Virus genome (UHGV): UHGV-1377268 | From: a virus | Strand: one strand, 5' to 3' | Length of the DNA: 60,976 bases | In this document: positions 28,743-38,543 of the stretch, in pieces | Layout of the letters: each line of letters starts with the position of its first letter | How positions within the stretch are numbered: the first letter of the stretch is position 1 | Made by a program: the position numbers and the translations under genes | The notes under the pieces: model-generated | Seen by the model: the letters and a program-made list of their open reading frames with translations, nothing else | Databases searched by the model: none | What the model was told of the DNA's origin: nothing

Positions 28743-28930
28743 AACTGTTCCCCCAGGTCATGCGCCACACGCTCAATTAAACGGCATGTGGCTTTAGGTT
28801 TATCAAAATTATCAACCCACTGTTCCGTATATTGTAAGTCGTCAGTGAATACCGATTTATCACGGTCACAGTGAATGATAATCATGCTGTGTTTTACCAT
28901 AAGGTGAAACGCCTGCAACTCACTTATCAT
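28739..28930 (-). CDS. hypothetical protein
   Basis: 63 aa ORF with overlapping start and stop. Confidence 0.3.
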   Translation of the reverse strand: MISELQAFHLMVKHSMIIIHCDRDKSVFTDDLQYTEQWVDNFDKPKATCRLIERVAHDLGEQL

Positions 28931-29402
28931 TCAGATATTCCTCAGCGTGCAACGCAGCATAGGCGATCATATCTTCCAGACTGTCACGGTGTGGTGTTTC
29001 AGTATTTGAATAGAAACGAACTGCTTTTAACAGCACCATGAATAGCCAGCCTTCACCCGGTGTTAAATCGCGTTTGGTAATCGCATTAAACGCATTAACG
29101 ATTGCAGCCGCTGAACGTTCTTCACCTGACTTATCATACTGTTTACCACGTTCAGCCAGAAGTTGTGCGGCGCGGTTCAACAGTTCCGGTGCGGTTGATA
29201 GTTGTTCAATGGGACGATGTTCGACAGTTCGCCATAAAGCAGGATCAGACATTGAAAAATTAGTACCCGTTTCAATCTTCATCATGCGAGCCTGCGAACG
29301 AGGTAATTCCGACCAGTGATAATGATCACTAAGTTGATAACCTGTGCGTATAACAACACATTCAGCCCACTCAGGCGCTTTACTCCAGTCAACTTTACTC
29401 AT
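28920..29402 (-). CDS. hypothetical protein
   Basis: 160 aa from MSKVDWSK with a GAGGAA RBS; the longer ORF-track start would run through the plus-strand promoter. Confidence 0.4.
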   Translation of the reverse strand: MSKVDWSKAPEWAECVVIRTGYQLSDHYHWSELPRSQARMMKIETGTNFSMSDPALWRTVEHRPIEQLSTAPELLNRAAQLLAERGKQYDKSGEERSAAAIVNAFNAITKRDLTPGEGWLFMVLLKAVRFYSNTETPHRDSLEDMIAYAALHAEEYLNDK

Positions 29403-29422
29403 CGTTTGTTCCTCGTTGGTTA

Positions 29423-29465
29423 TAAATAATTCTTGACAGATTACACTACAGAACGCAGTATTGCA
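29423..29465 (+). promoter_or_regulatory. sigma70 promoter, family copy
   Basis: aaataattcTTGACAgattacac..; -35 at 29433-38, -10 cagtat at 29456-61. Confidence 0.5.
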
Positions 29466-29494
29466 AGTGTCGAAACACAACGAGGAACTAACCA

Positions 29495-29998
29495 ATGTCT
29501 AATCTTTACATTCAACGACTCACTAACCTGGCTGTGATCCCAACGCGTGAAACGGCTGATAGCGCCGGGATGGATGTTCGCGCGTGTCTGTGGTCTGAAA
29601 CAGTAACAATCTACCCGCCTGCAGGCGCTAAACTGGAACGAAAACCCATTGAGGGGATTATTGGTATCTATCCCGGTGAACGCGCACTGATCCCCACTGG
29701 TTTGAAAATGTCTGTCGATGCTGATCATTGTATCAAATTTTACCCTCGTTCCGGCCTTAGCCTGAAAAACGGTATGACGCTGATCAACTGCGTGGGCGTT
29801 GGTGATCGCGATTATCCCGGCGAATATTTCATTACTCTGGTCAACCATTCCCACAAAGTGTTCATGCTGGAACACGGCGAACGTTGCTGTCAACTTATGG
29901 TAGAACGCGTTGAACCGGTAGACGTGGTTGAAGTGGAACAGTTGCCCGGCGTGGAAAGTCAGCGTAAAGGCGGTTTCGGATCAACGGGGCGTAAATGA
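29495..29998 (+). CDS. dut: dUTP diphosphatase (dUTPase)
   Basis: Trimeric dUTPase motifs: ..AGMDVRA.., ..RSGLSLKNG.., C-terminal GGFGSTG. Confidence 0.75.
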   Translation: MSNLYIQRLTNLAVIPTRETADSAGMDVRACLWSETVTIYPPAGAKLERKPIEGIIGIYPGERALIPTGLKMSVDADHCIKFYPRSGLSLKNGMTLINCVGVGDRDYPGEYFITLVNHSHKVFMLEHGERCCQLMVERVEPVDVVEVEQLPGVESQRKGGFGSTGRK

Positions 29999-30324
29999 TG
30001 ACTAATCGTGAATTGCTGATCAATGCGGCCCGTGCTGGCGAAATCGCGGGTAAGTATTACATCGCGTATGGTGAACGTGACGTAAACGAAGGGATCGATA
30101 TCGGCGGTGGTCGCTTGTGGAACCCGCTTATCAATAACGCTGATGCTTTCAGTTTGATGGTGCGCCTGTATTTGGATCTGGATGTTAGAGACTATGGTAT
30201 TTTAGTTAATAGCCCAGATACTGGTGTTCGTTATAAACAACTTGTTGCCCGTGGTGAAGACCGTGAAAAAGCAACCCGTTTAGCGATCGTTAACTGTGCT
30301 GCAATTATTGGGGAAAACTTATGA
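29995..30324 (+). CDS. hypothetical protein
   Basis: 109 aa; start overlaps the dut stop. Confidence 0.4.
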   Translation: MMTNRELLINAARAGEIAGKYYIAYGERDVNEGIDIGGGRLWNPLINNADAFSLMVRLYLDLDVRDYGILVNSPDTGVRYKQLVARGEDREKATRLAIVNCAAIIGENL

Positions 30325-30959
30325 AACTTTTAGACATTTTAATTCAAGAAACAATAAATGGTCAATTCATTTGGCCTAAAGGTGCTGACGAAGTCCGGCA
30401 ATATCCGAAAGATTTTGCAGGTAGAACAGCATTTATAAAGAACGGCGGTGGTTTAGTAAAAGAAATGATACTCCCAATCGCAGATGATGCTTCATTGTTT
30501 AACAAAGTTAGTTTTTTAAAGTATGAACAGTCATTAACTATGGTTAAGTTAGGCATTCCAAGTATCGGGGCTTCCGTTCAATGGAATACCGGTAACGAAT
30601 GGATAACGGTTACTGTACTAGGCGTCAACGGTAACGAAGTGTGGGTTAAGCCTGAAGACGGTTCTGAATCGTTTGTGGTTAATGACGACGATTTCAAACC
30701 ACTGCCTGATGAACGTGATTTGGCGGTTCAACAAATGTTCTATGATTTACCAGAGAATATGCGACCTGGTAAAGATGTTCGTGAAGCAATTTACGATGCT
30801 GGTTATCGTAAAGTTAAACCGCTACCTGATGAGAATCAGACTATTAAACAAATCGCAGATATGATTGGTAAAGGTTCTACAGCACTAGAAGATGCTGATT
30901 ACATTTATCGTAGTATCATATCAGGATTAATTAACACGCCATGCAGGTGCGACTCATGA
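30321..30959 (+). CDS. hypothetical protein
   Basis: 212 aa ORF with an overlapping start. Confidence 0.4.
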   Translation: MKLLDILIQETINGQFIWPKGADEVRQYPKDFAGRTAFIKNGGGLVKEMILPIADDASLFNKVSFLKYEQSLTMVKLGIPSIGASVQWNTGNEWITVTVLGVNGNEVWVKPEDGSESFVVNDDDFKPLPDERDLAVQQMFYDLPENMRPGKDVREAIYDAGYRKVKPLPDENQTIKQIADMIGKGSTALEDADYIYRSIISGLINTPCRCDS

Positions 30960-31207
30960 CTATCATGAAAAACGGTGTTGGGGATGTGGTGGCGTTTCTC
31001 CCGAAAGTTATCATTACGGATCCGTCACTGGTTGACTATCCGCGAACCACGCCACAAGCTGACGCAAGTTATACTGACCTGTGCGACGATATAATCCGGG
31101 GTTGTGATATCGGTATAGAGAAGTTGCAAAAACTGCGTCAGGAGTACGAACAGCGGCGGGTTATGGCAGCAATGGGTGTTCCGCCAGTATTCGACGTTTC
31201 AAAATAA
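30941..31207 (+). CDS. hypothetical protein
   Basis: 88 aa ORF; its 3' end overlaps the next promoter copy. Confidence 0.35.
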   Translation: MQVRLMTIMKNGVGDVVAFLPKVIITDPSLVDYPRTTPQADASYTDLCDDIIRGCDIGIEKLQKLRQEYEQRRVMAAMGVPPVFDVSK

Positions 31208-31243
31208 TTCTTGACGGATTACACATGGACGTGTACTGTTAAA
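31201..31243 (+). promoter_or_regulatory. sigma70 promoter, family copy
   Basis: -35 TTGACG 31211-16, 17-bp spacer, -10 TACTGT 31234-39. Confidence 0.55.
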
Positions 31244-31269
31244 TCAATAACTGATTAAGGAGGTTTGAA

Positions 31270-31605
31270 ATGTTCGTAATACTGTGGATCCTGTTTAGCG
31301 CTCTGGTTGGTGCCTTCGCCAAACGTACCGGGCGTAACCCCGGAACCTGGTTCTTCATTGCGGTTTTAACCAGTCCCGGCATCGGTGCAATACTGTTGTT
31401 GATCGGCTGGTTACTGAATGGTTCAGTGAAAAAAGAAGTTGTGAGCAATCACAAAATGTTCGGCAGTTATGAAGCGGCTTATAATTACGTGACCGATAAT
31501 TACAACGTCGATATGTATTATCGGTCACAGGTTGCTTCTGAAATTTATCGACTGGCCCGCAACACGGACGATTGCGATCAAATCGTTGCAAATTATGTGG
31601 GGTAA
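31270..31605 (+). CDS. membrane protein (two TMDs)
   Basis: 111 aa with a TAAGGAGG RBS and N-terminal hydrophobic helices. Confidence 0.45.
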   Translation: MFVILWILFSALVGAFAKRTGRNPGTWFFIAVLTSPGIGAILLLIGWLLNGSVKKEVVSNHKMFGSYEAAYNYVTDNYNVDMYYRSQVASEIYRLARNTDDCDQIVANYVG

Positions 31606-31677
31606 TCATGACATACAACCAGAAAGTTTATTCACTGATAGCAATCATATTAATTCTGTTCTGGTCGTTGGTGTTTT

Positions 31678-31703
31678 GGGGTCTGTTATAGACCCCTTTT
31701 TTT
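31678..31703 (+). terminator. rho-independent terminator upstream of HEG2
   Basis: ggggtct-gttat-agacccc followed by T7. Confidence 0.6.
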
Positions 31704-31716
31704 AACGGATATAACG

Positions 31717-32550
31717 ATGAAAAAATCCATTATTGAGATAAATAATAGTTTACCTAACAAAAATATAAAATGTATTGGGTATTTATCATCGAACGAAAAG
31801 GCGTTGTTTATATGTGAAAAAGGGCATGTTTGGTTTAGTAAGTTTTCTAATGTGAAATTTTTAAAACGAGGTTGTCCGCATTGTTCTAAACGTGCAAAAT
31901 TGAACATTGAAACAATAAATAACCTCCTCCGCATGAGAGGTATAGAATGTATAAAATATGGTGGTAGCTCTTTGAAAATTAGCACTTTTAAATGCGTTTG
32001 TAATAACGAATGGAAAACTAATTTAAATTCAGTGAAAGATAGAATGACTGGTTGTCCTCGGTGTTCAGGTAAAGAAGTATTAACTATTGAAAAACTAAAC
32101 GATGAAATAAAACATAAGGGTATAGAATGTATAGAATTTAACAGAGGGGTGAAACAAAAGTCAAAATTTAAGTGTCAACATGGGCATACTTGGGAATCTT
32201 CATCTGATAACGTTAAAAATAATAACACGGGGTGTCCTGTTTGCGCTAAAACAGGTTATGACATTAATAAAAAAGGAACGTTATATTGCTTGGTTAGTCA
32301 AAACAAGAAGTATATAAAAATAGGTATAAGTAATAATCATAGAAAGCGAATTAAAATATTAAGAAACGCAACACCTTTTACGTTTGATGTATTAAGGTTG
32401 TTTTCATCTGATGGTTTAACCATAAGAAATTTAGAAAAGGAATTTCATAAAATCTTAAAATCTGCAAACTTAAAAGGTTTTGATGGTGCAACTGAATGGT
32501 TTGAAAACGAAATAAAAATACAAACTGTATTTAAAATGTTAGGGGTCTAA
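31717..32550 (+). CDS. homing endonuclease-like protein, T5orf172 domain with three Zn-finger-like modules (HEG2)
   Basis: Three C..H.W....C..C modules, then GTLYCLVSQNKKYIKIGISNNHRKRIKILR..; paralog of HEG1 and HEG3. Confidence 0.6.
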   Translation: MKKSIIEINNSLPNKNIKCIGYLSSNEKALFICEKGHVWFSKFSNVKFLKRGCPHCSKRAKLNIETINNLLRMRGIECIKYGGSSLKISTFKCVCNNEWKTNLNSVKDRMTGCPRCSGKEVLTIEKLNDEIKHKGIECIEFNRGVKQKSKFKCQHGHTWESSSDNVKNNNTGCPVCAKTGYDINKKGTLYCLVSQNKKYIKIGISNNHRKRIKILRNATPFTFDVLRLFSSDGLTIRNLEKEFHKILKSANLKGFDGATEWFENEIKIQTVFKMLGV

Positions 32551-32570
32551 TGAAAGACCCCTTTTTTTAT
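32541..32570 (+). terminator. rho-independent terminator downstream of HEG2 (same stem as the upstream one)
   Basis: aggggtct-aatgaa-agacccct followed by T7; the stop codon lies inside the stem. Confidence 0.65.
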
Positions 32571-33941
32571 TTAGTCGTCAATGGACGGCAAACCTTTACC
32601 AGATTCATCTATACCTGATGTTGGTAACCCTGCTTCCTTATACACAAATTTTTGAAGTTCTGGGTCCGGGAATACTGGTGCGCCAGCCTGTGCCAGACGT
32701 GTAAGCGCCGTGGTCAGTGTTTCAATACTGTCTTTACTGATTGAGCCAGCGCGTAACGTTGGTTTATATTCATCCGGGAACGCATTCAGTTTCCATAACT
32801 GCGGGATTAACTGACGGTTAATACATTCAACGTTGCTATCGATACGCGACTGCATCGCACGGATCCACAGTTCGGTGCGGCTTCCCAGGTTCGCCTGGTT
32901 CCCTGTGTTGCCACCTGTGCCGAAAAACATAAAATCAGCCAGTAGCGCACGGGCAATACTGGTATCGAGACGCTTGATCGTGCGGTCGATATCCACGGCG
33001 TTAGACTGTTCAGGCGTCAGGAATTCCAGTTTAACCTGTTGTTCACCGCCGTATGTCGTCACCCCTGTTTCGTTATCAAACCCGGTAATATACGGTTTTG
33101 AATAAATTACCAGACCAGACTGTTCATTACGCTTAATATTAGCCGCGATGTTTTCAAAGTCATCCATCATTGCCTGTGCTGCCTGGCGCTGTGGTTCAGG
33201 TAAGTTCTGATCGTTTGCGGCTTTTTTAATATCAGCATTAACGGTGATGACCGGGAAACCTGTTCCACGTTCTGCCAGAATCGCTTCGATTTCCAGATGA
33301 ACTTTTTTGTAATACCACGGGCGATACGCTGTGCGCAGCAGTGATAAGCCTTCCGGGTTACCTTTGTTCGGTGATGAAATCAGATGCAGCGATCGTGACC
33401 GGGGGATCAGTTTGCTGATATTGGTGGACGGCTGACGCTGATAAATACCCGTGACATAACCTGTCGGTTCTTCAATCTCCCAGCCGTCGAGCGTTTCAGC
33501 TGCAACCGGAACAAGACGGGCGATACCCACGGAACCATCGGGCAAATCTTTAACCCAGAGGTCATACCATCCCCAGCCGAAAACATCAGTGTCAGTCCAG
33601 GTCTGAACGAATGCTGACCAGGTGTCATCAGGTAACGCACCCTGTGGGTCACCCATCTGGTTTTCAATAGCATTCTGCAGCCATTGAGCGTATTTAACAG
33701 CTTGCGGATCTTCTTTATCAGACGGGTCAAAAATCCACTGTACTGAACGGTAAACGCTGTTCATGGCGAACAGTACACCACCGATCGTTTCGTCGTTCTC
33801 TGCCATCTGGCGAAGGATACGACGACCCTGTTTACCGTTGAGTTTAGGTAAAAAGTCATCATTAACCTGGTTGCCTGTGCGACTGTATCCGGCAACGGCT
33901 AGTTGTTCAAATTGGTCATCTGCCATCTTCACAGGCTCCAC
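32571..33941 (-). CDS. portal protein
   Basis: 456 aa; lies between the large terminase and head morphogenesis genes in the minus-strand series; composition is typical of portals. Confidence 0.55.
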   Translation of the reverse strand: MEPVKMADDQFEQLAVAGYSRTGNQVNDDFLPKLNGKQGRRILRQMAENDETIGGVLFAMNSVYRSVQWIFDPSDKEDPQAVKYAQWLQNAIENQMGDPQGALPDDTWSAFVQTWTDTDVFGWGWYDLWVKDLPDGSVGIARLVPVAAETLDGWEIEEPTGYVTGIYQRQPSTNISKLIPRSRSLHLISSPNKGNPEGLSLLRTAYRPWYYKKVHLEIEAILAERGTGFPVITVNADIKKAANDQNLPEPQRQAAQAMMDDFENIAANIKRNEQSGLVIYSKPYITGFDNETGVTTYGGEQQVKLEFLTPEQSNAVDIDRTIKRLDTSIARALLADFMFFGTGGNTGNQANLGSRTELWIRAMQSRIDSNVECINRQLIPQLWKLNAFPDEYKPTLRAGSISKDSIETLTTALTRLAQAGAPVFPDPELQKFVYKEAGLPTSGIDESGKGLPSIDD

Positions 33942-33993
33942 GGGTTTATTCTTAACGTATGTTATATCAGGCGGGTTAGTTTTGCACGGGGTT

Positions 33994-34036
33994 AAAATAA
34001 TTCTTGACGGATTGCAGATGTGCGGTTAGACTCTGG
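33994..34036 (+). promoter_or_regulatory. sigma70 promoter, family copy
   Basis: -35 TTGACG 34004-09, 17-bp spacer, -10 TAGACT 34027-32. Confidence 0.55.
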
Positions 34037-34064
34037 GTTAGTTAATGAACAGGAGTAACAGAGT

Positions 34065-34385
34065 ATGTTAATACCAGTACAACCAACATCACGCGGTAAA
34101 ATTACCGATGAGCTGAAAGCATTTTACCTTGCGAAAACTAAACGCGAACTTACCACTCGTGAATTACGTTTGTTACCGTTTTTACTTCATTGTGGACTCA
34201 ATAACGGTGCTGTTCCTTCTCGTAACGTTAATAGTGAAGAAATCATGATTCTTGAATCACTTGATGAATCAGGTTTTATTTTCTATTCCCGTAGTGCTGA
34301 AATAGTAGCTATCACTGAAGTATACTTTGAAATCATTTGCAAAATCATCAGACACTCTTATTTGACAATGGCGGTAGAAGTATGA
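34065..34385 (+). CDS. hypothetical protein
   Basis: 106 aa ORF with a GGAG RBS. Confidence 0.4.
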   Translation: MLIPVQPTSRGKITDELKAFYLAKTKRELTTRELRLLPFLLHCGLNNGAVPSRNVNSEEIMILESLDESGFIFYSRSAEIVAITEVYFEIICKIIRHSYLTMAVEV

Positions 34386-34570
34386 AAAAGAATCGTCAGG
34401 CACGATTGATGCTGGTTGATAAATATAATCCGTTTATCAGCGTGAACATCAGCAACCGTAAAACGATGTTCTTCGGGCGCACTACATATTGCCTCAACCG
34501 TAAACTTAATATCGGTCAAGCACGATGGGTGCGTTATCGTAAATGGGTTAAGTCATTGGAGGAAGTATAA
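34382..34570 (+). CDS. hypothetical small basic protein
   Basis: 62 aa ORF with an ATGA overlap. Confidence 0.35.
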   Translation: MKKNRQARLMLVDKYNPFISVNISNRKTMFFGRTTYCLNRKLNIGQARWVRYRKWVKSLEEV

Positions 34571-34572
34571 AC

Positions 34573-34884
34573 ATGAAACCGCTTGAAAACATCACCTCTG
34601 GTAATATCGTTTTTGGTCCTAAAAACCTTGCTAAATTTCTCCCGGCAATGGGTAGTATCCCAGAAGAGTTTTTCAAAGACTCTAACCCGTGGAACGGATG
34701 GATTAGCAAATGGTTTTATAAGGGTCTGGAAAATTACGCTGTTGCAGTAGAAGGTGTAAATTTCAAAGACGCCCACAAACATATCAAAGTGATTCTGGCT
34801 AGTTTCGAACCGAAACACGAGCACAAAATCGCTGGGTGTGCTTACCTGGCTTCACAATGGTTTGTACCGGAGACTGTAAAATGA
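34573..34884 (+). CDS. hypothetical protein
   Basis: 103 aa ORF with a GGAGG RBS. Confidence 0.4.
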   Translation: MKPLENITSGNIVFGPKNLAKFLPAMGSIPEEFFKDSNPWNGWISKWFYKGLENYAVAVEGVNFKDAHKHIKVILASFEPKHEHKIAGCAYLASQWFVPETVK

Positions 34885-35183
34885 CTTACGAACAGTACAA
34901 ACAACTTCTGACTGTCCAGGGTATGACGTGTATGGCTCGTTACATGGGTACAGGTGTTGAAACTGGTTGTTCGATGTTCAATACTGATAATGGTTTGAAA
35001 ATTGATATCAGTATTGAAGATAACCGTATCCTCGCACGGGGATACGTAACTGTTCGTGGTTTAATGGATCCAGTTTCAACTGGTCAGTTTAGTCAACCTT
35101 GGGCTAATAATGCTTTCAAAGTACAATGCGATCGTTTAGTTCGTTTAAAACAAATTATTGGTGATCATTTAATTGATAGGTGA
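34881..35183 (+). CDS. hypothetical protein
   Basis: 100 aa ORF with an ATGA overlap. Confidence 0.4.
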   Translation: MTYEQYKQLLTVQGMTCMARYMGTGVETGCSMFNTDNGLKIDISIEDNRILARGYVTVRGLMDPVSTGQFSQPWANNAFKVQCDRLVRLKQIIGDHLIDR

Positions 35184-35204
35184 ACAAATCAGAGAGGTTG
35201 AATA

Positions 35205-35423
35205 ATGAAGCATATTGAATGGCTTCAGTCAATGCACACTTTGCATGGTGCAGTTGAAATATTATACGTTGTTGACGGTTATCAAATTCAACGTACATAT
35301 GATGATGTAGAAATTGGCTCACCCATTAAGGCTGATACATTGGTTGATTGTATTGATATTGCTATTGAAAAAGGTTGGCAACCATTAACGAACCGTAATG
35401 TTAACGTTTATGTTGAGGAATGA
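35205..35423 (+). CDS. hypothetical protein
   Basis: 72 aa ORF with a GAGAGG RBS. Confidence 0.4.
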   Translation: MKHIEWLQSMHTLHGAVEILYVVDGYQIQRTYDDVEIGSPIKADTLVDCIDIAIEKGWQPLTNRNVNVYVEE

Positions 35424-35425
35424 TA

Positions 35426-35758
35426 ATGAACCATGTAAACGCTATTCGCTGCAACGATGAATATCAGTGCTCGCATTGCGGTAAATCGTGGGATATCCAC
35501 GAGGAAGCGCCGGACTGTAAAATGACGGAAATTGATTTACCAGAATTTAAAACGGTTGATTATTTCGGGTTAAATTTAATAATTCCATCATCTATTAAAT
35601 TTATCGGAACTAATGCCAGTGGTGAAGTTTACGGGTATTCCCACGAACCTGAAAGATATGATGAATTTTGGGATACTTACCGTTGCCCAAGCGTAATACC
35701 ACTGGCAACCGTCAACCTTCATGGTCTTGACTGGCGGGAGACGTTACGCAAATGCTGA
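35426..35758 (+). CDS. hypothetical protein (CxxC motifs)
   Basis: 110 aa ORF with a GAGGA RBS. Confidence 0.4.
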   Translation: MNHVNAIRCNDEYQCSHCGKSWDIHEEAPDCKMTEIDLPEFKTVDYFGLNLIIPSSIKFIGTNASGEVYGYSHEPERYDEFWDTYRCPSVIPLATVNLHGLDWRETLRKC

Positions 35759-35928
35759 TTGGATACGTGTTAGTTATCATCCTCAACAGTTCAACAATCG
35801 AACCTGTGAATGACAATATTCAAACGTGGGCTGAGTGTCAGGCAGCATTGAAAGTTGAACAGTTGTATCATCCTGAAAATAAATACGGCTGCGCTGACGT
35901 TTACCGCGACGAAAACGCCCCGGAGTAA
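35752..35928 (+). CDS. hypothetical small membrane protein
   Basis: 58 aa ORF overlapping the upstream stop; ends inside terminator hairpin 35917-35934. Confidence 0.25.
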   Translation: MLIGYVLVIILNSSTIEPVNDNIQTWAECQAALKVEQLYHPENKYGCADVYRDENAPE

Positions 35929-35934
35929 CGGGGC
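35917..35934. terminator. hairpin terminator between convergent units
   Basis: gccccg-gagtaa-cggggc, with a U-run on the minus strand. Confidence 0.4.
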
Positions 35935-35942
35935 TATTCAAT

Positions 35943-36647
35943 TTAAGGCGTCGGAACAAGCTGTTCAGCAATCAACAGCACCTGTGTAGCAGTAAACGCT
36001 GCACCGTTACTGACGATCGTCAACTCTGTACCGTTTGTTGCAATATTCCCATCCTGGTCGATACTCAGGAACGTTCTGAACGATACATTATCACTGGTCA
36101 CGCTGCTATCTCGTGAATAAATCAGTGTGTTACCTGTTGTACCGACAAAATTCAGGGTCATGCTGCGGTTTTCGGTTGACCCTGCCCACGAAGCAATAAG
36201 GTTAAGTTTAAAATTAACCGTCATGTTCTGGTTGAATACGTGCAGTTTGTTATCAGTGGTGTTGAAGAATGGCGCTAACGTACCACCGCTTGGGGTGAGT
36301 GCTTTCAGTGCGTTAATCAGGTCGATCGGCGATCCGGTTGGAATAACCAGTGAGATACCCGACTAGGTCACCTCTGACTTCTGGCGCATGTAAGATGCAC
36401 CCTGTAGACTATCCAGAAAATCCTGTTCACTTCCTGTGTTACCCTGCTGTAGCCAGATATCATAAGCGCTTGCCCCGCTGGTAATATCAATATCGCTGAC
36501 ATACTGGAAAAAACGTACCGGGTTATGGCTCTCACCCGGTAAAACTGTTGTTGTACCGTAAAGAAATTTACCATCACTCAATGCATCATTGATTTTGGTC
36601 AATAAATCGTCACTGGTTTCACTACTCAAGAGCGTTAGCGTGGTCAT
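35943..36647 (-). CDS. tail-fiber-motif protein: 94-aa ORF, in-frame UAG (36363-36365), then 46 open codons running into the 93-aa ORF (possible readthrough product)
   Basis: Both ORF-track ORFs (36363..36647 and 35943..36224) share one frame; only the TAG separates them; there is no SD before the downstream ATG; the N-part carries the fiber motif SAYDIWLQQGNTGSEQDFLDSLQG. Confidence 0.4.
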
Positions 36648-38410
36648 TAGAATATACTCCCATAATCTGGTGTTCCGACAGCGTTTACTGTACCTGTAAA
36701 CGCTTCTTCCTCGAATTCTACGCGCTTCGGTGAAGTAGCAATAACGGTTGCATCGAAAAAGTTAGGTGATTTAGAACCATTTGGTTTTTTATCAATAACG
36801 ATTTTCCCCGCACCATTAGTGCTATACGTTGGCTGACATAGTTCTGCCTCAAGACGCTGCGCGTTTTCCATTGTCGGATCAATCAGAATAATCTCATCAG
36901 GATCCTGTGGTTGACCTTCGACATACCATTTATAAATTCTCTGGCAACGCATACGCAGCGCCCATGATGCTTGTGCTTTATAGTTGCTGAAATAATCTTT
37001 GTTCGTTTTACGGTCTTTATCGCCCGGTATCGTTCCGCCGATAATATCACCGCCAGGGTTGACTACTTTTCCGTTCGGTAACCACGGACGAACGCGGAAC
37101 CGCAACGTATCCTTACGATCGTTAGCCGCTACTTTAACGCCAGCGCCCACGCCGTTCACTTCATACCAGTATTCATCAACACCGATCATGTTCGCAGCAT
37201 TCAGCATACCAGGTGCAGCCAGTTCTGCGCTGCGGTGGTCAAGTTGCAAATGAGTGATAAATACACCATGAGCAACAACCAGTGCGCTCGCATCTTCACC
37301 ACCGTCTGCGGCATCTTGCCCGGCAATGCGTTTACCTGTTGGTGCAAGCAGACCGTTTGCTTTACGCCACGCGATATCTTTGAACGCATCGAATGCGGCC
37401 CGCGCCCATTCAGCTTTAATGAGTACACCCTGAACGGCTGCAGCGTAATCGCGGTCAACTTCCTGTGCAAAAATATGCTGTAGACCTTTTTCAGCGAATG
37501 ACTGTTTTTCTCGTTTATACCATTCGTCATCTTTCGCCGGGTGATCGCGCCAGTCCAGAACCATGACGCGCAATTTACCACGGGGTATTTTCTTACCCGG
37601 TTCCCATTCAATACCTGCTTTACGGTTGCGATAAAAAACGTTACCGACACCATTAACAGAACTGATATCAATACGAACGTTGGTGTTAGCTGACAATGAC
37701 GCTTCGATCAGTTCAGGGCGATCAACGTGTGCAGCCTCATCGAGAAAATAAATTGACTTACGACCACCGCGCCCGATGTTATCCCCGGCCTCACCAGTAA
37801 TTGTTGCACCGTTTTCCGGGTTGATACATTTCATGAACGTCAGGTGATCTTTTTCACGATAACCAACCGGACGTAATTCAGGAGGCAGAGCGCGGATGAT
37901 CTGACGGATTTTTTCAAATATGCTGTCAGGATCCCCCAGTTTATCAACGAGCGTTTCTTTACGTGACCCCCAGCCAACTGACGAACCGGGACGATAGAGC
38001 CAGGCCCACACGGATAACCCGCAGGCAACCCACGTTGCGCCATAATCGCGGGATTTTTCCCACAATCCTTTTTCTTTATCTTCGAGCGCTTCATAAACGA
38101 ACTGAATCATATCGATCTGACGTTCAAACAGACAGAACGGCATGTTCGGCGGGAATTCCGTACCAACGTTACGCGGATCGTAGGTAAACGCCCAGTCGAG
38201 GATGAACGCCACCGGGTTAGTTTCGTAATACTTTTTCAGTACCGGAATGATTGCCCGATCGGTGCGCATACGGTTTATCAGGTTGATGCGGTCGATGTAA
38301 CACTGACGGTAATCAGGCCGTGGTTCGCCTTTGCGCCAGATCCGTTCATCTTCTGCGTAAGCGTCCCGCCAGCGCGGGTACTTGTGAATGTTACCAGCGA
38401 ATTTATTCAT
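36647..38410 (-). CDS. terL: terminase large subunit
   Basis: 587 aa with ATPase and nuclease-domain architecture; the downstream gene start overlaps its stop. Confidence 0.8.
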   Translation of the reverse strand: MNKFAGNIHKYPRWRDAYAEDERIWRKGEPRPDYRQCYIDRINLINRMRTDRAIIPVLKKYYETNPVAFILDWAFTYDPRNVGTEFPPNMPFCLFERQIDMIQFVYEALEDKEKGLWEKSRDYGATWVACGLSVWAWLYRPGSSVGWGSRKETLVDKLGDPDSIFEKIRQIIRALPPELRPVGYREKDHLTFMKCINPENGATITGEAGDNIGRGGRKSIYFLDEAAHVDRPELIEASLSANTNVRIDISSVNGVGNVFYRNRKAGIEWEPGKKIPRGKLRVMVLDWRDHPAKDDEWYKREKQSFAEKGLQHIFAQEVDRDYAAAVQGVLIKAEWARAAFDAFKDIAWRKANGLLAPTGKRIAGQDAADGGEDASALVVAHGVFITHLQLDHRSAELAAPGMLNAANMIGVDEYWYEVNGVGAGVKVAANDRKDTLRFRVRPWLPNGKVVNPGGDIIGGTIPGDKDRKTNKDYFSNYKAQASWALRMRCQRIYKWYVEGQPQDPDEIILIDPTMENAQRLEAELCQPTYSTNGAGKIVIDKKPNGSKSPNFFDATVIATSPKRVEFEEEAFTGTVNAVGTPDYGSIF

Positions 38411-38473
38411 TATGATGTTCCGTTTTCAACAGTTCTGTACAGTTTACCACGGGTTATCGTAGCTGGTATCGGT

Positions 38474-38517
38474 TAAAATAATTCTTGACGAATTGCAGAT
38501 ATGCGGCTATGCTTTGA
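38474..38517 (+). promoter_or_regulatory. sigma70 promoter, family copy
   Basis: -35 TTGACG 38485-90, 17-bp spacer, -10 TATGCT 38508-13. Confidence 0.55.
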
Positions 38518-38543
38518 GCATGAACTGAACAGGAGTAATTAAC

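Noticed and set aside
31686-31985. 99-aa minus-strand ORF overlapping the HEG2 start
   Set aside because: Runs through the upstream terminator and HEG2 N-terminus; AT-rich region artefact.
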